Positions 63,213-64,000 of a DNA stretch of 64,000 nt are shown here, piece after piece. Within the stretch, counting starts at the first letter, position 1; the number at the start of each line of letters is the position of its first letter. Origin of the DNA: Coleofasciculus chthonoplastes F2-STO-03 (lineage in GTDB: Bacteria; Cyanobacteriota; Cyanobacteriia; Cyanobacteriales; Coleofasciculaceae); NCBI GenBank assembly GCA_040222015.1, contig JAVJWO010000040.1, forward strand, positions 1 through 64,000. The letters are read 5' to 3'. The notes under the pieces were generated by a model. It had not been told where the DNA came from and searched no databases. It saw only the letters and a program-made list of their open reading frames with translations. A program made the translations under genes and the position numbers.

Positions 63213-63524
63213 TTAGTAACGTCGAGAGAATCCATCCCGGTTGCCGCCGCCGCGACGACCACCGCCTCCTTGACCCCGAGGTTCACGAGGTTTCGCTTTA
63301 TTGACTTTCAAATCCCGACCCATCCATTCAGCGCCGTCTAGAGCATCAATAGCGGCAGATTCTTCAGCTTCTGAGTCCATTTCCACAAAACCGAAGCCGC
63401 GCATCCGACCTGTTTCCCGATCCGTGGGTAACTGAACCCGCTTTACTGTCCCGTATTCAGCAAAAATACTGGTGATGTCTTCTTCCGTAGCATCATAGGA
63501 CAGGTTACCAATGTAAATTGACAT
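63213..63524 (-). CDS. rbp: RRM RNA-binding protein with Gly-rich tail (cold-inducible Rbp family)
   Basis: MSIYIGNLSY (RNP2) and RGFGFVEM (RNP1). Confidence 0.96.
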   Translation of the reverse strand: MSIYIGNLSYDATEEDITSIFAEYGTVKRVQLPTDRETGRMRGFGFVEMDSEAEESAAIDALDGAEWMGRDLKVNKAKPREPRGQGGGGRRGGGNRDGFSRRY

Positions 63525-63559
63525 AGAGTATCTCCAAAACCAATGAATGTAGAGACTTA

Positions 63560-63612
63560 TGATTCGGAGACATGCCTGTCCGTAAATCAAAACAAACGAT
63601 ACAGCCGAATAT
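63560..63612 (-). promoter_or_regulatory. Conserved rbp 5'-UTR boxes
   Basis: Minus strand TTCGGCTG, TTTGTTTTGA and TCTCCGAA, like the boxes described for cold-regulated cyanobacterial rbp genes. Confidence 0.65.
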
Positions 63613-63677
63613 AAACCTCGCTGATTATAATAACATCATTTATACACGACCCGGCTGACATTCTTCCAATCTAAAAT

Positions 63678-64000
63678 CTAAGCCACCCAAAGGTGCTGGG
63701 AAAATCGAACGGCGAAGCTGAGCAATACTAGAGTGAAAAATAGGAGTGTTGCCCATCCACATCGGGGATAACGAGCCAGCAGCAGACCTAAGGCGATCGC
63801 AAGGGATACAATCCCATAAGCATGGCGTTCAGCCGAAATGGTGCGACCTGGGCTTAAAATCACGGCTAAACTGCACAAGCCATAGGTGACGGCAACAGGT
63901 CTGAGTTTTGTCCGCTGTCGCACGAGTAAATAGCCACCCCCCCAAACCATAATCATATTAATTAACGGATCGCCGGCTAAAAGCCACAGGAGAATTCCCA
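63678..64000 (-). CDS. Membrane mannosyltransferase-like (GT-C) protein, 3' part
   Basis: Multi-TM C-terminus with S..R.AYG and terminal WVA; runs off the window end. Confidence 0.6.
   Translation of the reverse strand, partial: GILLWLLAGDPLINMIMVWGGGYLLVRQRTKLRPVAVTYGLCSLAVILSPGRTISAERHAYGIVSLAIALGLLLARYPRCGWATLLFFTLVLLSFAVRFSQHLWVA

Overview
A 64 kb chromosomal window from a filamentous cyanobacterium. This rests on abundant HIP1 (GCGATCGC), heptamer STRR repeats, GTAG-type palindromic repeats and cyanobacteria-specific genes (pedR, ycf51, rbp-rpsU). The backbone is housekeeping (pfkB kinase, hisB, fmt, clpC, phosphoglucomutase, aminotransferase, glycerol dehydrogenase-like). The main feature is a complete ~14 kb minus-strand cyanobactin (RiPP) cluster: patA-B-[vWA-C]-D-(hicA pseudogene, HNH pair)-E-F-F-G. 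Its precursor carries two octapeptide cores I do not recognise (ICAPTCAC, MCAPTCAC). The cluster combines a LynD/TruD-like heterocyclase, an oxidase-containing macrocyclase, one apparently active and one apparently degenerate prenyltransferase, and empty GVEAS cassette relics after the stop codon. A degenerate ycf51 fragment at its left edge suggests it integrated as an island at ycf51. Also present: a WYL/TIGR03985-like CRISPR-associated gene cut by the window edge, a Dam-family methylase with a truncated partner, a Type IIG/ISP-like R-M gene and a large CARDB/cadherin/RTX protein. Mobile-element relics include TnpB remnants, an IscB-type omegaRNA (HEARO-like) mini-element, a solitary CRISPR-like repeat and several MITEs with target-site duplications. 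Family assignments come from motif recognition and recalled reference sequences, not database searches.
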